Numbered from the whole stretch's first letter, positions 26,797 through 39,224 are shown. The stretch: DNA of 63,716 nucleotides, filler included, from Octopus bimaculoides (GCF_001194135.2; 8 parts of 7 records of this genome joined end to end with filler, not necessarily neighbours in it), one strand, 5' to 3'. Program-made: numbers and translations. Notes: generated by a model from the sequence alone, not told the origin.

Positions 26797-27966
26797 TCTG
26801 CTGGCGACAGAGGGACTCTCACTCAGAGTAAAAGGCAGACTGTATTACGCATGTGTACAAACGCATGTGTACGAACAGCCATGCTATATGGCAGTGAAAC
26901 ATGGGCTGTGACTGCTGAGGACATGCGTAAGCTCGCAAGGAATGAAGCCAGTATGCTCCGCTGGATGTGTAATGTCAGTGTGCATACCCGACAGAGTTTA
27001 AGTATCTTGAGAGAAAAGCTGAACATAAGAAGCACCAGTTGTGGTGTGCAAGAAAGACGATTGCGCTGGTATGGACATGTAGTGAGAATGGACGAAGATA
27101 GCTGCGTGAAAAAGTGCCACACCCTAACAGTTGAGGGAACCCGTGGAAGAGGTAGGCCCAGGAAGACCTGGGCTGAGGTGGTGAGGCAAGACCTACGAAC
27201 ATTGGGCCTCACCAAGGCGATGACTTCTGACTGAGACCTTTGGAAATGTGCTGTGCGTGAGAAGACCCGGCAAGCCAAGTGAGACCTAAATCCAAGGCCT
27301 ATGCCAGGGGTGTAGCCAGCCCACTTATGCGTACCTTTCCTACATTGGACACTAAACTTCGCTTGCAACGACTTGTTGTTGCAAGTGAAATCGAACTAAA
27401 CTCTACGACTGGCACCCATGCCAACGTCGTCTCCTTCATTGGACACAAAACTCAGCTTGCGAAGACTTATTGGGGCAAGCGAAAGCGAAATTGGGATAGC
27501 ACCTGTGCCCAGCGTCGCCTTTCTGGCACTTGTGCCCGTGACATGTGTAAGGATTTTCGAGCGAGATCGTTGCCAGTTCCCCTGAATTGGCTCCTGTGCA
27601 GGTGGTACATAAAATACACCATTTTGAGTGTGGCTGTTGCCAGTACCACCTGACTGGCCTTCGTAGGATTATCGAGCAAGATCGTTGCGAGTGCCCCTGG
27701 CCTGGCTCTTGTGCAGGTGGCACGTAAAATACACCATTTTGAGCGTGGCCGTTGCCAGTACCGCCTGACTGGCCTTCGTGCAGGTGACACGTAAAAGCAC
27801 CCACTACACTCTCTGAGTGGTTGGCATTAGGAAGGGCATCCAGCTGTAGAAACTCTGCCAAATCAGATTGGAGCCTGGTGTTGCCATCTGGTTTCACCAG
27901 TCCTCAGTCAAATCGTCCAACCCATGTTAGCATGGAAAGCGGACATTAAACGCTGATGATGATGAT
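26797..27966 (+). mobile_element. RTE-clade LINE 3' fragment (thumb/C-terminal region, tandem-repeat 3' UTR, (GAT)n tail)
   Basis: MLYGSETWAV..RLRWYGHVVRM..RGRGRPRKTW; 14-bp duplication causes a frameshift near 26850; ends aaacgctgatgatgatgat. Confidence 0.92.
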
Positions 27967-28597
27967 ATATTATATCTATAATAAGAAATGCCAAAAGGAA
28001 TTTCTGTGTGTTAGTATTTCACACTTTGATCCCCTCTCTCACTATTCAATGACCATTTTACTATCTTCCTGCTGAGGTGAGAGTAATATTAAGCATAGTA
28101 ATGGTAAGGGCAGTAGTAGATTGCTGGTTGTAATGGTGAATAGGATGATAGTAATAGTATGAGCTGTTGTGAAAGAGACGATGGTGATTATGGTGGTGGT
28201 AGCCGAGGTGGTCTAGGATGATGGTGATAGTAAGCGATGTGAAAGACAGTGGGTGATGGTGGTGGAGGATAAGTCAGTGATGTCATATCTATTGATGTTG
28301 GTAGCGTGAGAGGTCTGAATGGTGTGTGCATGGTAGTTGTGGTGGCGATGGTGGTGATACTGGTGATGGTGATGTTTGAAAACAATCAACAGAATGAAAG
28401 AGAGGAAAAAACCGGTTAGACAGAAAAAATATTGTACTGACCCCCAAATTGGAAGACAAAAAATGTTATTTATCATGCAGGTTCGCAGTAAGCTCCAAGT
28501 AATATACCTTCGTGTGGTAAGAGCTACCAATGAGAATTAGGATGCTCTACATGAAAATTCAAAATCACCAGTGATATGGCTATGTCTGTAAAGCGAG

Positions 28598-28636
<39 letters not shown>

Positions 28637-28637
<1 letters not shown>

Positions 28638-30571
28638 TAGCAGAGCAACCCGGCGTTGCCCGCGAATGAAATTGTTCTTTATATAGTGGAAGGAAAAAAG
28701 CAAAATATGCTGTATAGAAATCTGAGGACATTCTGTAGATGGACTCTCAGATGAATGATGACTGGGCACCTCTCATGAATTGGAAAATTGAAGATGCACC
28801 AAAAAGCTTCATTGGTACTTGGAAACTTTTAGGAAAATTAAANNNNNNNNNNNNNNNNNNNNNNNNNNNNNNNNNNNNNNNNNNNNNNNNNNNNNNNNNN
28901 NNNNNNNNNNNNNNNNNNNNNNNNNNNNNNNNNNNNNNNNNNNNNNNNNNNNNNNNNNNNNNNNNNNNNNNNNNNNNNNNNNNNNNNNNNNNNNNNNNNN
29001 NNNNNNNNNNNNNNNNNNNNNNNNNNNNNNNNNNNNNNNNNNNNNNNNNNNNNNNNNNNNNNNNNNNNNNNNNNNNNNNNNNNNNNNNNNNNNNNNNNNN
29101 NNNNNNNNNNNNNNNNNNNNNNNNNNNNNNNNNNNNNNNNNNNNNNNNNCTTTAAAAAGGTTTCTCAATGTCAACTTCCGGTATTGACGTAACAACGGCA
29201 AAAAGCTTCACTCTCTATTTTGTGTGTGAGTGTGTATGAGAGAGAGAGAGAGAGAGAGTAAATACTACATACACACTGCTCTCTCACTCTGTCTCACACA
29301 CATACACACGCACACACACCCCCTTTGACTCACTCACACTCTGTCTCTTACAAACACGCACATACATAAATGTATACAAACATATTTACAAAGACACACA
29401 TGTGTATGCGTGCGTGGGGGGTTCCACAATCGCCATTTATTTCAATTACTCTTGTNNNNNNNNNNNNNNNNNNNNNNNNNNNNNNNNNNNNNNNNNNNNN
29501 NNNNNNNNNNNNNNNNNNNNNNNNNNNNNNNNNNNNNNNNNNNNNNNNNNNNNNNNNNNNNNNNNNNNNNNNNNNNNNNNNNNNNNNNNNNNNNNNNNNN
29601 NNNNNNNNNNNNNNNNNNNNNNNNNNNNNNNNNNNNNNNNNNNNNNNNNNNNNNNNNNNNNNNNNNNNNNNNNNNNNNNNNNNNNNNNNNNNNNNNNNNN
29701 NNNNNNNNNNNNNNNNNNNNNNNNNNNNNNNNNNNNNNNNNNNNNNNNNNNNNNNNNNNNNNNNNNNNNNNNNNNNNNNNNNNNNNNNNNNNNNNNNNNN
29801 NNNNNNNNNNNNNNNNNNNNNNNNNNNNNNNNNNNNNNNNNNNNNNNNNNNNNNNNNNNNNNNNNNNNNNNNNNNNNNNNNNNNNNNNNNNNNNNNNNNN
29901 NNNNNNNNNNNNNNNNNNNNNNNNNNNNNNNNNNNNNNNNNNNNNNNNNNNNNNNNNNNNNNNNNNNNNNNNNNNNNNNNNNNNNNNNNNNNNNNNNNNN
30001 NNNNNNNNNNNNNNNNNNNNNNNNNNNNNNNNNNNNNNNNNNNNNNNNNNNNNNNNNNNNNNNNNNNNNNNNNNNNNNNNNNNNNNNNNNNNNNNNNNNN
30101 NNNNNNNNNNNNNNNNNNNNNNNNNNNNNNNNNNNNNNNNNNNNNNNNNNNNNNNNNNNNNNNNNNNNNNNNNNNNNNNNNNNNNNNNNNNNNNNNNNNN
30201 NNNNNNNNNNNNNNNNNNNNNNNNNNNNNNNNNNNNNNNNNNNNNNNNNNNNNNNNNNCGTGAATATGTGTTTCAGTAATTGATCGTAGTTGTTTACAGA
30301 AAGCGAACATTAAAAGTAGAGAGTGAGAGACGTCGCCGTTTTTTCACGTCCGTACCGGAAGTTGACATTGAGAAACCTTTTTAAAGAAGTGAATCTTAAA
30401 TATAAAGCAATATTATTTATTTTTAATTAGAGATAAAAAAAATCAAATGAAGAGCCTAAGATTTATCCAAGGTCAAATTATTCATGTATTACAAGTATGG
30501 AAGTAAATGGTGAAGCCGTTTTCATGTGATAAGTGATTACACACACATCTCTGTTTTATATATAGTATAGA
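28637..30571 (-). mobile_element. Non-autonomous Helitron, both ends present, inserted in (TA)n
   Basis: Minus strand A|TCTATACTATATATAAAAC at 30571; GC-rich hairpin then CTAG|T at 28637; no TSD, AT target; includes two N gaps. Confidence 0.8.
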
Positions 30572-30580
30572 TATATATAT

Positions 30581-30611
<31 letters not shown>

Positions 30612-30614
30612 TAT

Positions 30615-32100
30615 CTGCCATGGCTGTGATTTTGCTCGTCTTGATGGGTCTTCTCAAGAATGACATAATGTCAAAGGTCTTGGTCATTGCCTCCGTGTGG
30701 CCCAGCACTCGAAAGAAACTCAGCTACTTTTCCTCTGCGAGGCTCAACACTTGAAAGGTGTTCTTTACATGCCACCTGCACAGGTGCACTTGGTTTGATG
30801 GGTCCTCTCAAGCACAGCACAACGCCAAAGGTCTCAGTCATTAGTCATTGCCTCTGTGAGGCTCAAAGTTCAAAGGTTATGCTTCACCACCTCGTTCCAT
30901 GTCTTCCTGGGTCTACCTCTACCATAGGTTCCCTCCACTTCTTTACCCAGATGTCCTCATCCATACGCATCACATGACCATACCAGCACAGTTGTCTCTC
31001 TTGCACATCACATCTGATTCCTCTTATGTCTAACTTTTACTCTCAAGATGCTTAGACTCTGTTGAGCATGCTCAGTGACATTGCACATTTCTTTCAAGCC
31101 TTCGCATGTCCTTGGTTGTCATAGCCCATGTTTCAGTGCCATGCAGCATAGCTGTTTGCTCACCGGCTTCAAACAATCTGCGTTTGACTCTCAGAAAGAG
31201 ATCCTTTGATGCCAGCAGAGGTAGGAGCTCTCTGAACTTTGCCCATCCGAATCTCATTCTCACAGGTACACTCTTGGAGCATCTACTGCCACTACTAACT
31301 TGGTCACCTAGATAACAGAAGCTATCTACTACCTCTAGCTTGCCCCCCTGGCAGTTGATGGAATCTATTTTCTGCCCATTTTCAGCGTTTATTGTACTTG
31401 TCAATCTTCTGCATACAAAAGCTAGTTTTCCTGTAAACCTTCCTCTGATATTGCTGCACTTTTTATGTGTCCAAAGCTTGCACTGGATGCATCATTTGGA
31501 GTTTCTACCTACACCTTTTCTACAGATTGAGCAGGGCCATCTACCTGAAGGGATTTGTGACTTGTCTGCCTTCGTACTTACTAAGACTTTTGTTTTTGCT
31601 AGGTTAACTCTAAGGCCTTTTGATTCTAGACCTTGCTTCCACACTTGGAACATCTCTATTTCAGGTAGTGATTCAGCTATAAGAGCAAGGTCATCAGCAT
31701 AGAGATTCTCCCAGGGGCAGCCTGTCTTGAATTCCTCTGTTATTGCCTGGAGGACTATGATGAACAAGAGGGGGCTGAGCACCAATTCTTGGTGAACCTC
31801 TACTTGAACCCTGAATTCTTCACTGTACGTATTGCCAATCCTCACCTTACTAGTAGCATCCCTGTACATAGCTTCTATAGCTCTCACCAAGCACTCATCT
31901 ATCCCTAGTTTCCACACTAACCAACAGAAAAAGGATTCGGGGATCCAGGCAAAAGCTTTCTCCAAGTCAATAAAGGCCAAGTACAGAGGTTTATCTTTGG
32001 CTATGTATTTTTCCTGCAGCTGCCTCACCAGAAATATAGCATCAGTGGTGCTTCTCCCTAGCACAAAACCAAACTACATCTCATCTAAGATAATTCTCTA
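30615..32100 (-). mobile_element. RTE-clade LINE fragment: RT core (YADD), PHD-like finger, thumb and duplicated 3' end; pseudogenised
   Basis: FGFVLGRSTTDAIF..AFIDLEKAF..LSPLLF..LYADDLAL..FCYLGD; stops and frameshifts. Confidence 0.95.
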
Positions 32101-32712
32101 AGATGTCTATAAATTTGCCTTTAGGTTGTTAAATTGCTAATAACCCACCCATATTATTTATAGTTTTCGCTTTTATCATTTTTGAAAGCAGCACATGAGT
32201 TCCATAGTTTTCTTATAAGCTGAGAAGATGAGTTGTGTTTAACCCTGGGTGCAGTAAGAACGACCAATGAGAATTAAGATCCTCTGCATCAAAATTCAAA
32301 ATCACTGGTAATATGGCTGTCTGCAAAGGGAGCTAATCTCTCTTGTCAGTCATTACGATAGTGCTCTTGTGACTAGTGAGTTGGTTTGACTAATATTTCT
32401 CGCAATGCTGGTACCACTGAGCACCATCTATCACTTAAGTGCCAACTATAAATTTGCGTTTAGGCTGTTAAATTGCTAATAAGCCACCCATAATATTTAT
32501 ATATATATATATATATCTCCGCTCCTTTGCGCCACATGGGCTCAACTCCCCTCCCCTCTTCATCTAACCCCCTCCTCCTGTCTCTCTCCCCCACCCTCCC
32601 TCCTACCACCCANNNNNNNNNNNNNNNNNNNNNNNNNNNNNNNNNNNNNNNNNNNNTTAATTAATTAANNNNNNNNNNNNNNNNNNNNNNNNNNNNNNNN
32701 NNNNNNNNNNNN

Positions 32713-32943
32713 GTGCGGGTGGCACATAAAAGACACCATTTCGAGCGTGGCTGTTTTCGTGTGGGTGACACGTAAAAGCACCCACTACACTCTCTGAGTG
32801 GTTGGCGTTAGGAAGGGCATCCAGCTGTAGAAACTCTGCCAAATTAGACTGGAGCCTGGTGTTGCCATCCGGTTTCACCAGTCCTCAGTCAAATCGTCCA
32901 ACCCATGCTAGCATGGAAAGCGGACGTTAAACGATGATGATGA
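32713..32943 (+). mobile_element. RTE 3' terminal fragment of the same family as 26797-27966
   Basis: cgtaaaagcacccactacactctctgagtggttggcgttaggaagggcatccagctgtagaaactctgcc..acgatgatgatgat. Confidence 0.9.
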
Positions 32944-33180
32944 TGTGTGTGTGTATAATGACTAATGCATACATTTCCACAATTCTCAACCGATTTTCAC
33001 CAAACTTTATGCACCCATTACTTATGTCCCAAGGATGGTCATGCACTATAACATTTTGCCCAGAGCTCCCGTGTAAATGGTTGTAAATGGATATAGTTTT
33101 TTTTTTATGTAGGGTTTTCCATACTTTTGAAATCTTTTTATAAAAGTGAAAGGATTTTGTCAGTTTATTTCCGCTGTCCA
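32944..33180 (+). mobile_element. Possible Helitron-type 5' internal fragment
   Basis: (GT)n then ttctcaaccgattttcaccaaacttt, a motif typical of non-autonomous Helitrons; termini not found. Confidence 0.35.
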
Positions 33181-34058
33181 CCTATGACGGTGATTCAATT
33201 GACTAGGAAAACTATACGCGATGAATATCCAATACCAAACTATCTTAATGTATATATTTAAACTGCATTAAACTTTGGCAAGCTTACCTTTACCTATTCT
33301 GAGTTTCTTGAAAGGTGATGTTCCCTTCCCTCTCTTCTATTTGTTGATACTATTGTTTATCTTTGATACTGTTGTTTCACTTTAAGGATGCTTATTTATC
33401 CATCCATTATGATATTTCGACTGTCGTCCATTGTTTCAAATATGTTTTAGCATTGTCATTCAAGCTCTTTTTAAACAATCGCATATGATTCGTCCCAAAG
33501 AATCAACCTTAAAATAAGAGTTTTGCTTCCACTAGCGAAAGCTACACATAACTTCCAGAAAGCTCCATACCAATTTAACTTTTTGCAGCATTCGCTGTTA
33601 GTTTATGCGCAGGCTATGTGAGAAGACAGAATAAAGGGGCTTTTGTTAGCTTATCTCTCTGAAAAAATAGCTCCCTTTGCTGTTGAATAAAATAAACTCA
33701 CAAAGGAGAAGTTTCAATGTCTTCCTTACACCATTCATGTGGCTGTTTCTGACAAGAAATTTCGCTTTCCTGCAAAACAACTATATTTTGTTAGTCATTG
33801 TCCGTAATCTACTCCCAAAACACTTTAGTAGCTCTACTTTGCATCGCTTGCAAACTTATATGTTCTATGATCATTAAAGTGCAATGACCTCAGCAATAAA
33901 CAGCCTTCAATTTGGTTTTCTGTTCCTAGGTTAATCAAAAACATAGATTGCCGTGCTACTCATAAACCTTCTTGGTAGTTCAATCACTTGGTGAAAAAAA
34001 TAATACCACCAGAGCAACTTAAACCATCCAAAGGACGGATATGTTTGCTAATTATTAA

Positions 34059-34268
34059 TGTGATTGAGCTGGTAGAATCATTAGGACAGCAGACAAAATG
34101 TGGCATTTCTTCTGCCTCTTTAAATTTTGAGTTAAGATTCTGTTGCAGTCGACTTTACTTTCATCCTTTGGGAGTTAATGAAAATAAGTACCAATCAAAT
34201 TGATGTAATCGACCTGTCTCTCCCTCCTCAAAACTGCTGACTTTGCGCTAAAATTAGAAAGAATTATT
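34059..34268 (+). mobile_element. Decayed SINE family C (Deu/Nin-like central motif)
   Basis: gagctggtagaatcattag..gtcgactttactttcatcctttgggag..aaaataagtacca..gatgtaatcgac. Confidence 0.65.
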
Positions 34269-35075
34269 TTACACGTGTTCATGTAAATCTCCAGAGTCCT
34301 TTGTCTTTGCTATTGTTCTAAATGCGTTTTATTGTGGCCCTTGTGCCAAAATTAGAAAGAATTGTTATTACAATTATTACAATTAATAAAGGAATTTTAT
34401 TATCATCATCATTATTGTTATTATTATCATTATCATTATTTGTTTTTGATGTTACAAGATAGAAATTAAAGTACATTATAATCCAGTTGAACAAACGTTT
34501 TCCAGTAGTCTCCTTGTCAACTTCCAACTTTCATCTCGTCTTTCTTTCTATCTGTCTGTCACACACACAACTATTGTTGTCAACAGACAATGGCATTCTC
34601 CATAAAAAAAACTGTCACCAGCCTCAGTCTCCTGTCTCCATAGCACACACAAACACACGCACACATATGGAAACAGGGACACAACACACATACAGATACA
34701 TAGTGACATATGTACTGACACAGACGTGCAGTGAGAACTGTGCGTAAGACGTACAAAGACCTCGACAGACACACATACACCTATACTCGGATATGTAGAC
34801 ACACACATATGGACAAAGACATGCATAGATACACGGATATAGGAAGATGTAGACATGCACACATCCAGACACTGACTCTCATACTTCCAACACCCCACAG
34901 GCGCGCACGCGCAGGCACAAAAACGTACAGACATAAACACACGCGCGCGCACACACAGATAGGCATAAACATTCACACATACACATGCAAAGGACCACGC
35001 ACATTCACACGTATAAACTCAGACATACAGTCTATACATATATGAATAACATGCATATGCTTATATATCATTTGT

Positions 35076-35172
<97 letters not shown>

Positions 35173-35704
35173 GCACACACACACACCACATATTCAGAAA
35201 CACGCAACAAAGACATACAGACAGTCAGATACATACAAAGGTTCACGGACACACCTGCACATAAAGGCACACACATACATACGCACATACACACCAACAG
35301 TTACCAGACAGACAAATATAAACAGACAACACAACACTGAAAGAGACAGACAGACAGACAGACAAGCAAACAGTCAGGCAGTCAGACAGACGTGCAGCTG
35401 AAGACAGAATCGATGAAACTTTTAGCACAACGTTTAATTTCCTTCACCACCGCCACCACCACCACAACTGCCATCGCCTCCGCCACCACCATCTTCACTT
35501 CGTTCATTGTTAGAGTTGTCATTTTGTTCTTCAGAAAGAATGTGTTTTCTTTCTTTTTTCCTCTTAACGTCACTGAGTTGATAGCGACATATTACAGACG
35601 ACGAGAACCTGCTGTTTTCTGAAGCATTTAATCTGACCATCTAAAAGAACTGCAACATTTGAGGGAGAATAAACATCGTTATATTGGAATATATTTTTCT
35701 TTTC

Positions 35705-35846
35705 TCCTCGAGGCACAAGGCCCGAAATTTTTTGGGGAGGGGGTCCAGTCGATTAGATCGACCTCAGTACGCAACTGGTACTTAATTTATCGACCCCGAA
35801 AGAATGAAAGGCAAAGTCGACCTCAGCGGAATTTGAACTCAGAACG
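35705..35846 (-). mobile_element. SINE family C, 5'-truncated
   Basis: Reverse complement gttctgagttcaaattccgctgaggtcgactttgcctttcattctttcggggtcgataaattaagtaccag. Confidence 0.85.
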
Positions 35847-35914
35847 ATTGGAATATATTTTTGCTGACATAATTAGAATTAAAACCAATCTTTTCAACTA
35901 ATTTTTATCATATA

Positions 35915-36170
35915 TTTATTTCAGTCATTGGCTGTGGTCATGCTGGAGCACTGCCTTGCAGAGTATTTTTTAGTTGAACGCATCGACCCCCACCCCATAC
36001 TTGTTTTGTTTTTAAGCCTGATGCTTATTCTATTAGTTCTCTTTTGCCAAACTGCTAAGTTACAAGGATATAAATACACCAACACTGGTTGCCAAGCGGG
36101 GGTGGAGGACACACACACACACACACACATACACACACGATGGGCCACTTTCCGCTTCCATCTACTCCCA
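35915..36170 (-). mobile_element. SINE family A 3' half
   Basis: ttcagtcattggctgtggtcatgctggagcactgcc..ttttgccaaactgctaagtta. Confidence 0.75.
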
Positions 36171-36371
36171 CACCTATTTTGTTAGTTTTTATGACTAATT
36201 ATAAGTTATAAAATAACGAGATTAGTAATATAATGTTTCTTCTTTCAATGCAAGCCTTGTCAGGTAGTTGTTAAACTGAATGTGGCCATGCAGTTTAGGA
36301 AGGTTCCTCACTTTTGTTTTAAAAAATAAATACTTACATAGACATTTTCACATACTCAATGCTTGTTTCAG

Positions 36372-36412
<41 letters not shown>

Positions 36413-36804
36413 TATTGTAATCTTTCTTTTTATATTCCATTGTTTATATTAGATCTTGAATATTTTCTTTTGCTGAATGAACATCAGAGGGTTTGCTCTA
36501 AAAGCTACAAAATAGCTGCCAAATCTCCTTTAAATTACATTTTGCAGTATTCAAAAAGGAGGGACATCAACATAATTTTCATGTCCACTTTTCCATGCTT
36601 GGACGGAATTTGTTGAGGCAAATTTTCTATGGCTGGATACTTTTCCTGTCACCAACCCTTGCCTATTTCCAAGGAAGGTAATGTTTGTCCATCACCAGAC
36701 ATGTTTTCATAAAATATTGGAAATGAAGGACACCACTTATATGTTGGTGACACTCGTTTACAACTCATGTGATGACAAGGTAAAGCGACAGTAACACACA
36801 CACA

Positions 36805-36955
36805 CACACGTTTTCCTCTTTCAAATTCACTCACAAGGTTTTTGTCAGCCTGGGGACGATAGAAGAAGACACTTGCCTCAGTTGCAATGCAATGGAACTG
36901 AACCTGAAACCATGTGGTTGGATAACAAACTTCTTACCACACAGCAATGCCGGCA
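36805..36955 (-). mobile_element. SINE family A 5' half
   Basis: cactcacaaggttttt..gaagacacttgcc..gaactgaacctgaaaccatgtggttgg..cttcttaccacacagc. Confidence 0.75.
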
Positions 36956-37189
36956 ATGTGAATAAATAAACATTACACTTGACAGAGTAATCTAAATGCT
37001 AAAGGGTCAAAGATTTTGTTATGATTTAAGATTTTGTTACTGTGCCTTGGTTTGCGTTCAAATGAAGCTTGCATTTTATAAAATACAACCTGCTCCATGT
37101 TTTTCTTATTTTTGCATGTTTTTATAACTGTAACCATGTAGGATATTCTCCCTATCATAGTTTCTTGCCTTATGTTCAGTTGTACTCTT

Positions 37190-37534
37190 TTATTCTTTTA
37201 CTCTTTTACTTGTTTCAGTCATTTGACTGCGGCCGTGCTGGAGCACCGCCTTTAGTCGAGCAAATCGACCCCAGGACTTATTCGCTGTAAGCCTAGTACT
37301 TATTCTATCGGTCTCTTTTTGCCGAACCGCTAAGTTACGGGGACATAAACACACCAGCATCAGTTGTCAAGCGATGGTGGAGGGGGGACAAACACACATA
37401 CATACATATATATATACATATATATGATGGGCTTCTTTCAGTTTCCGTCTACCAAATCCATTCACAAGGCTTTGGTAGGCCTGAAGCTATAGTAGAAGAC
37501 ACTTGCCCAAGGTGCCACGCAGTGGGACTGAACT
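37190..37534 (-). mobile_element. Young SINE family A copy, 5' head truncated
   Basis: Clean match to all internal and tail modules of the family. Confidence 0.9.
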
Positions 37535-38059
37535 TACTTTTTATACACAGTAACGTCTTCTGCTACATTTAAAGTACTTTTGTAATATACTGCTAGATTG
37601 CTTTAGTGAAGGTGCGTGGCTTAGTGATTAGGATATTTGACACACACACACGCACACTCACTTACCTATCCATCCATTTCTGCCCACTTTTCCTGGAAAG
37701 AAATTCAATGAAACCAATTAAGCATAAGATTAACCCTTTAGAAACTTGGTTATTCTGTCAAACCTAATGCTCCTATTTATTCCCATTGTTTGCAAAAGGG
37801 CTAAAGTTTTTGTTACTGCACTTTGTTCTATGTTCAACTGAAGCTTGCATTTCATAAAAATGTATTCAGATCTGTTTTTTCTTTTTGCATATTTTATTAC
37901 TGTAATCATTTTGTGTTACTTCAGTTACTCTTTCAGTGAGGTTTATCAGAATGTGGTCAGTATTAGCTGGGTTTTTTTTTTAACTCAACAAATCCACATT
38001 GTGGTTCTGATATCCCAGGTTTCATTCAATTTCCGGATGGCGACTTGTTGTACTCAAGA

Positions 38060-38320
38060 AGACACAGCAAACTTGATACTGGTGCTGGTGACACATAGAA
38101 AGCACTCATGCTAGTGCCACGTTAAAAGCACTGGTGCTGGCATCACATTAAAAGCACCCAGAACACATTGGAAAGTGGTTGGTGTTAGGAAGAGCATCTA
38201 GCTATAGAAAACATGCCAGAACAGACAATGGAGTCTGGTGCGAACTTGGGCCTTACCAGCTTCTGTCAAACTGTCCAACCCATGCCGGTATGGAAGGTGG
38301 ACGTTTAATGATGATGATAT
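38060..38320 (+). mobile_element. Older RTE-type 3' end
   Basis: aaaagcaccca..gtggttggtgttaggaagagcatctagctatagaaa..gtccaacccatgcc..tgatgatgat. Confidence 0.75.
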
Positions 38321-38397
38321 TTGTAATGTGGCCCATACGACTCACAATTGGTTATCACAGGTTTATTGAAGGGAATGATACAAAGATTGATATGAAC

Positions 38398-38555
38398 CAC
38401 TAGCAGAGATAGGGAGGCGGGGTCCACCCCAGGTGGAACTTTTAAAGGGGTGGCACTTTTGGTTTTGCTATAGGCAACATATATTTTTTTGTGGGGTCTG
38501 GGGGTGGAAAATGGAAGGGCTGCCCCAGGCAGCACACTCTCTAGCTATGCTAGTG
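38398..38555. mobile_element. MITE-like element with CACTAG termini
   Basis: cactagcagagatagggag versus reverse complement of ctctctagctatgctagtg (16/19 match); no TSD seen. Confidence 0.5.
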
Positions 38556-38589
38556 ATTCGGACATTTCTTCAGGAATCTCCCCAAAGAC

Positions 38590-38950
38590 AAGTTACATGG
38601 CTACATGATGAGACAGCTCTGATGAATCATGAATATAAGTCTCTTTGACAAGATCAGTAATGAAGAGATCTTACAGAGTGCTGGTCTGCTTCCTGTGATG
38701 GAGATTCTCATTGACAGAAATTTATGTTGGTTGGGATGTGTACACAGGATGGACAACATCAGATTCCCCAGACAACTCCTTTACTTCCAAGTCTGCAGAG
38801 GGAAAAGAAACCACAAAAGACCTAAACTGAGATTCAATGAAACTGCAAAAAGGAACATGAAGTGGAAAGCAATTGATCATAACAAATGGCAAAGTCAAAC
38901 AAAATAACTGACCAGTATGAAGAAAGCTTATCAAGTCATGTCAAAGCCAT
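38590..38950 (+). mobile_element. RTE-BovB-like LINE C-terminal fragment
   Basis: DKISNEEIL..RNLCWLGCVHRMDNIRFPRQLLY..GKRNHKRPKLRF. Confidence 0.85.
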
Positions 38951-39224
38951 GAACGGTCAGAGCCACAAGAACTGATTGCAAATAATAACATACATGTTAT
39001 TGAGTATATATCTTCTATTCAACTTTACGATGAAAGTAAACAAAGTTTGTCCCTTTTTAGAAGAGTTGAGATGTATTGCAAGAACAGAAATAAATTTATT
39101 TCTCAAACGCGTGATAATGCTATAAATAGCGTGATCAGGATAAATTATCCATTTATTGCAGAATAATACGTTACTGGCCAGCCATGAGACTCGAACTCAC
39201 ATCTTGTTTCCCTTATTGGACTTG

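Noticed and set aside
39170-39205. tRNA T-arm-like GTGAG-TTCGAGT-CTCAT on the minus strand (similar pieces near 47260 and 48100)
   Set aside because: No full cloverleaf; probably SINE head debris rather than tRNA genes
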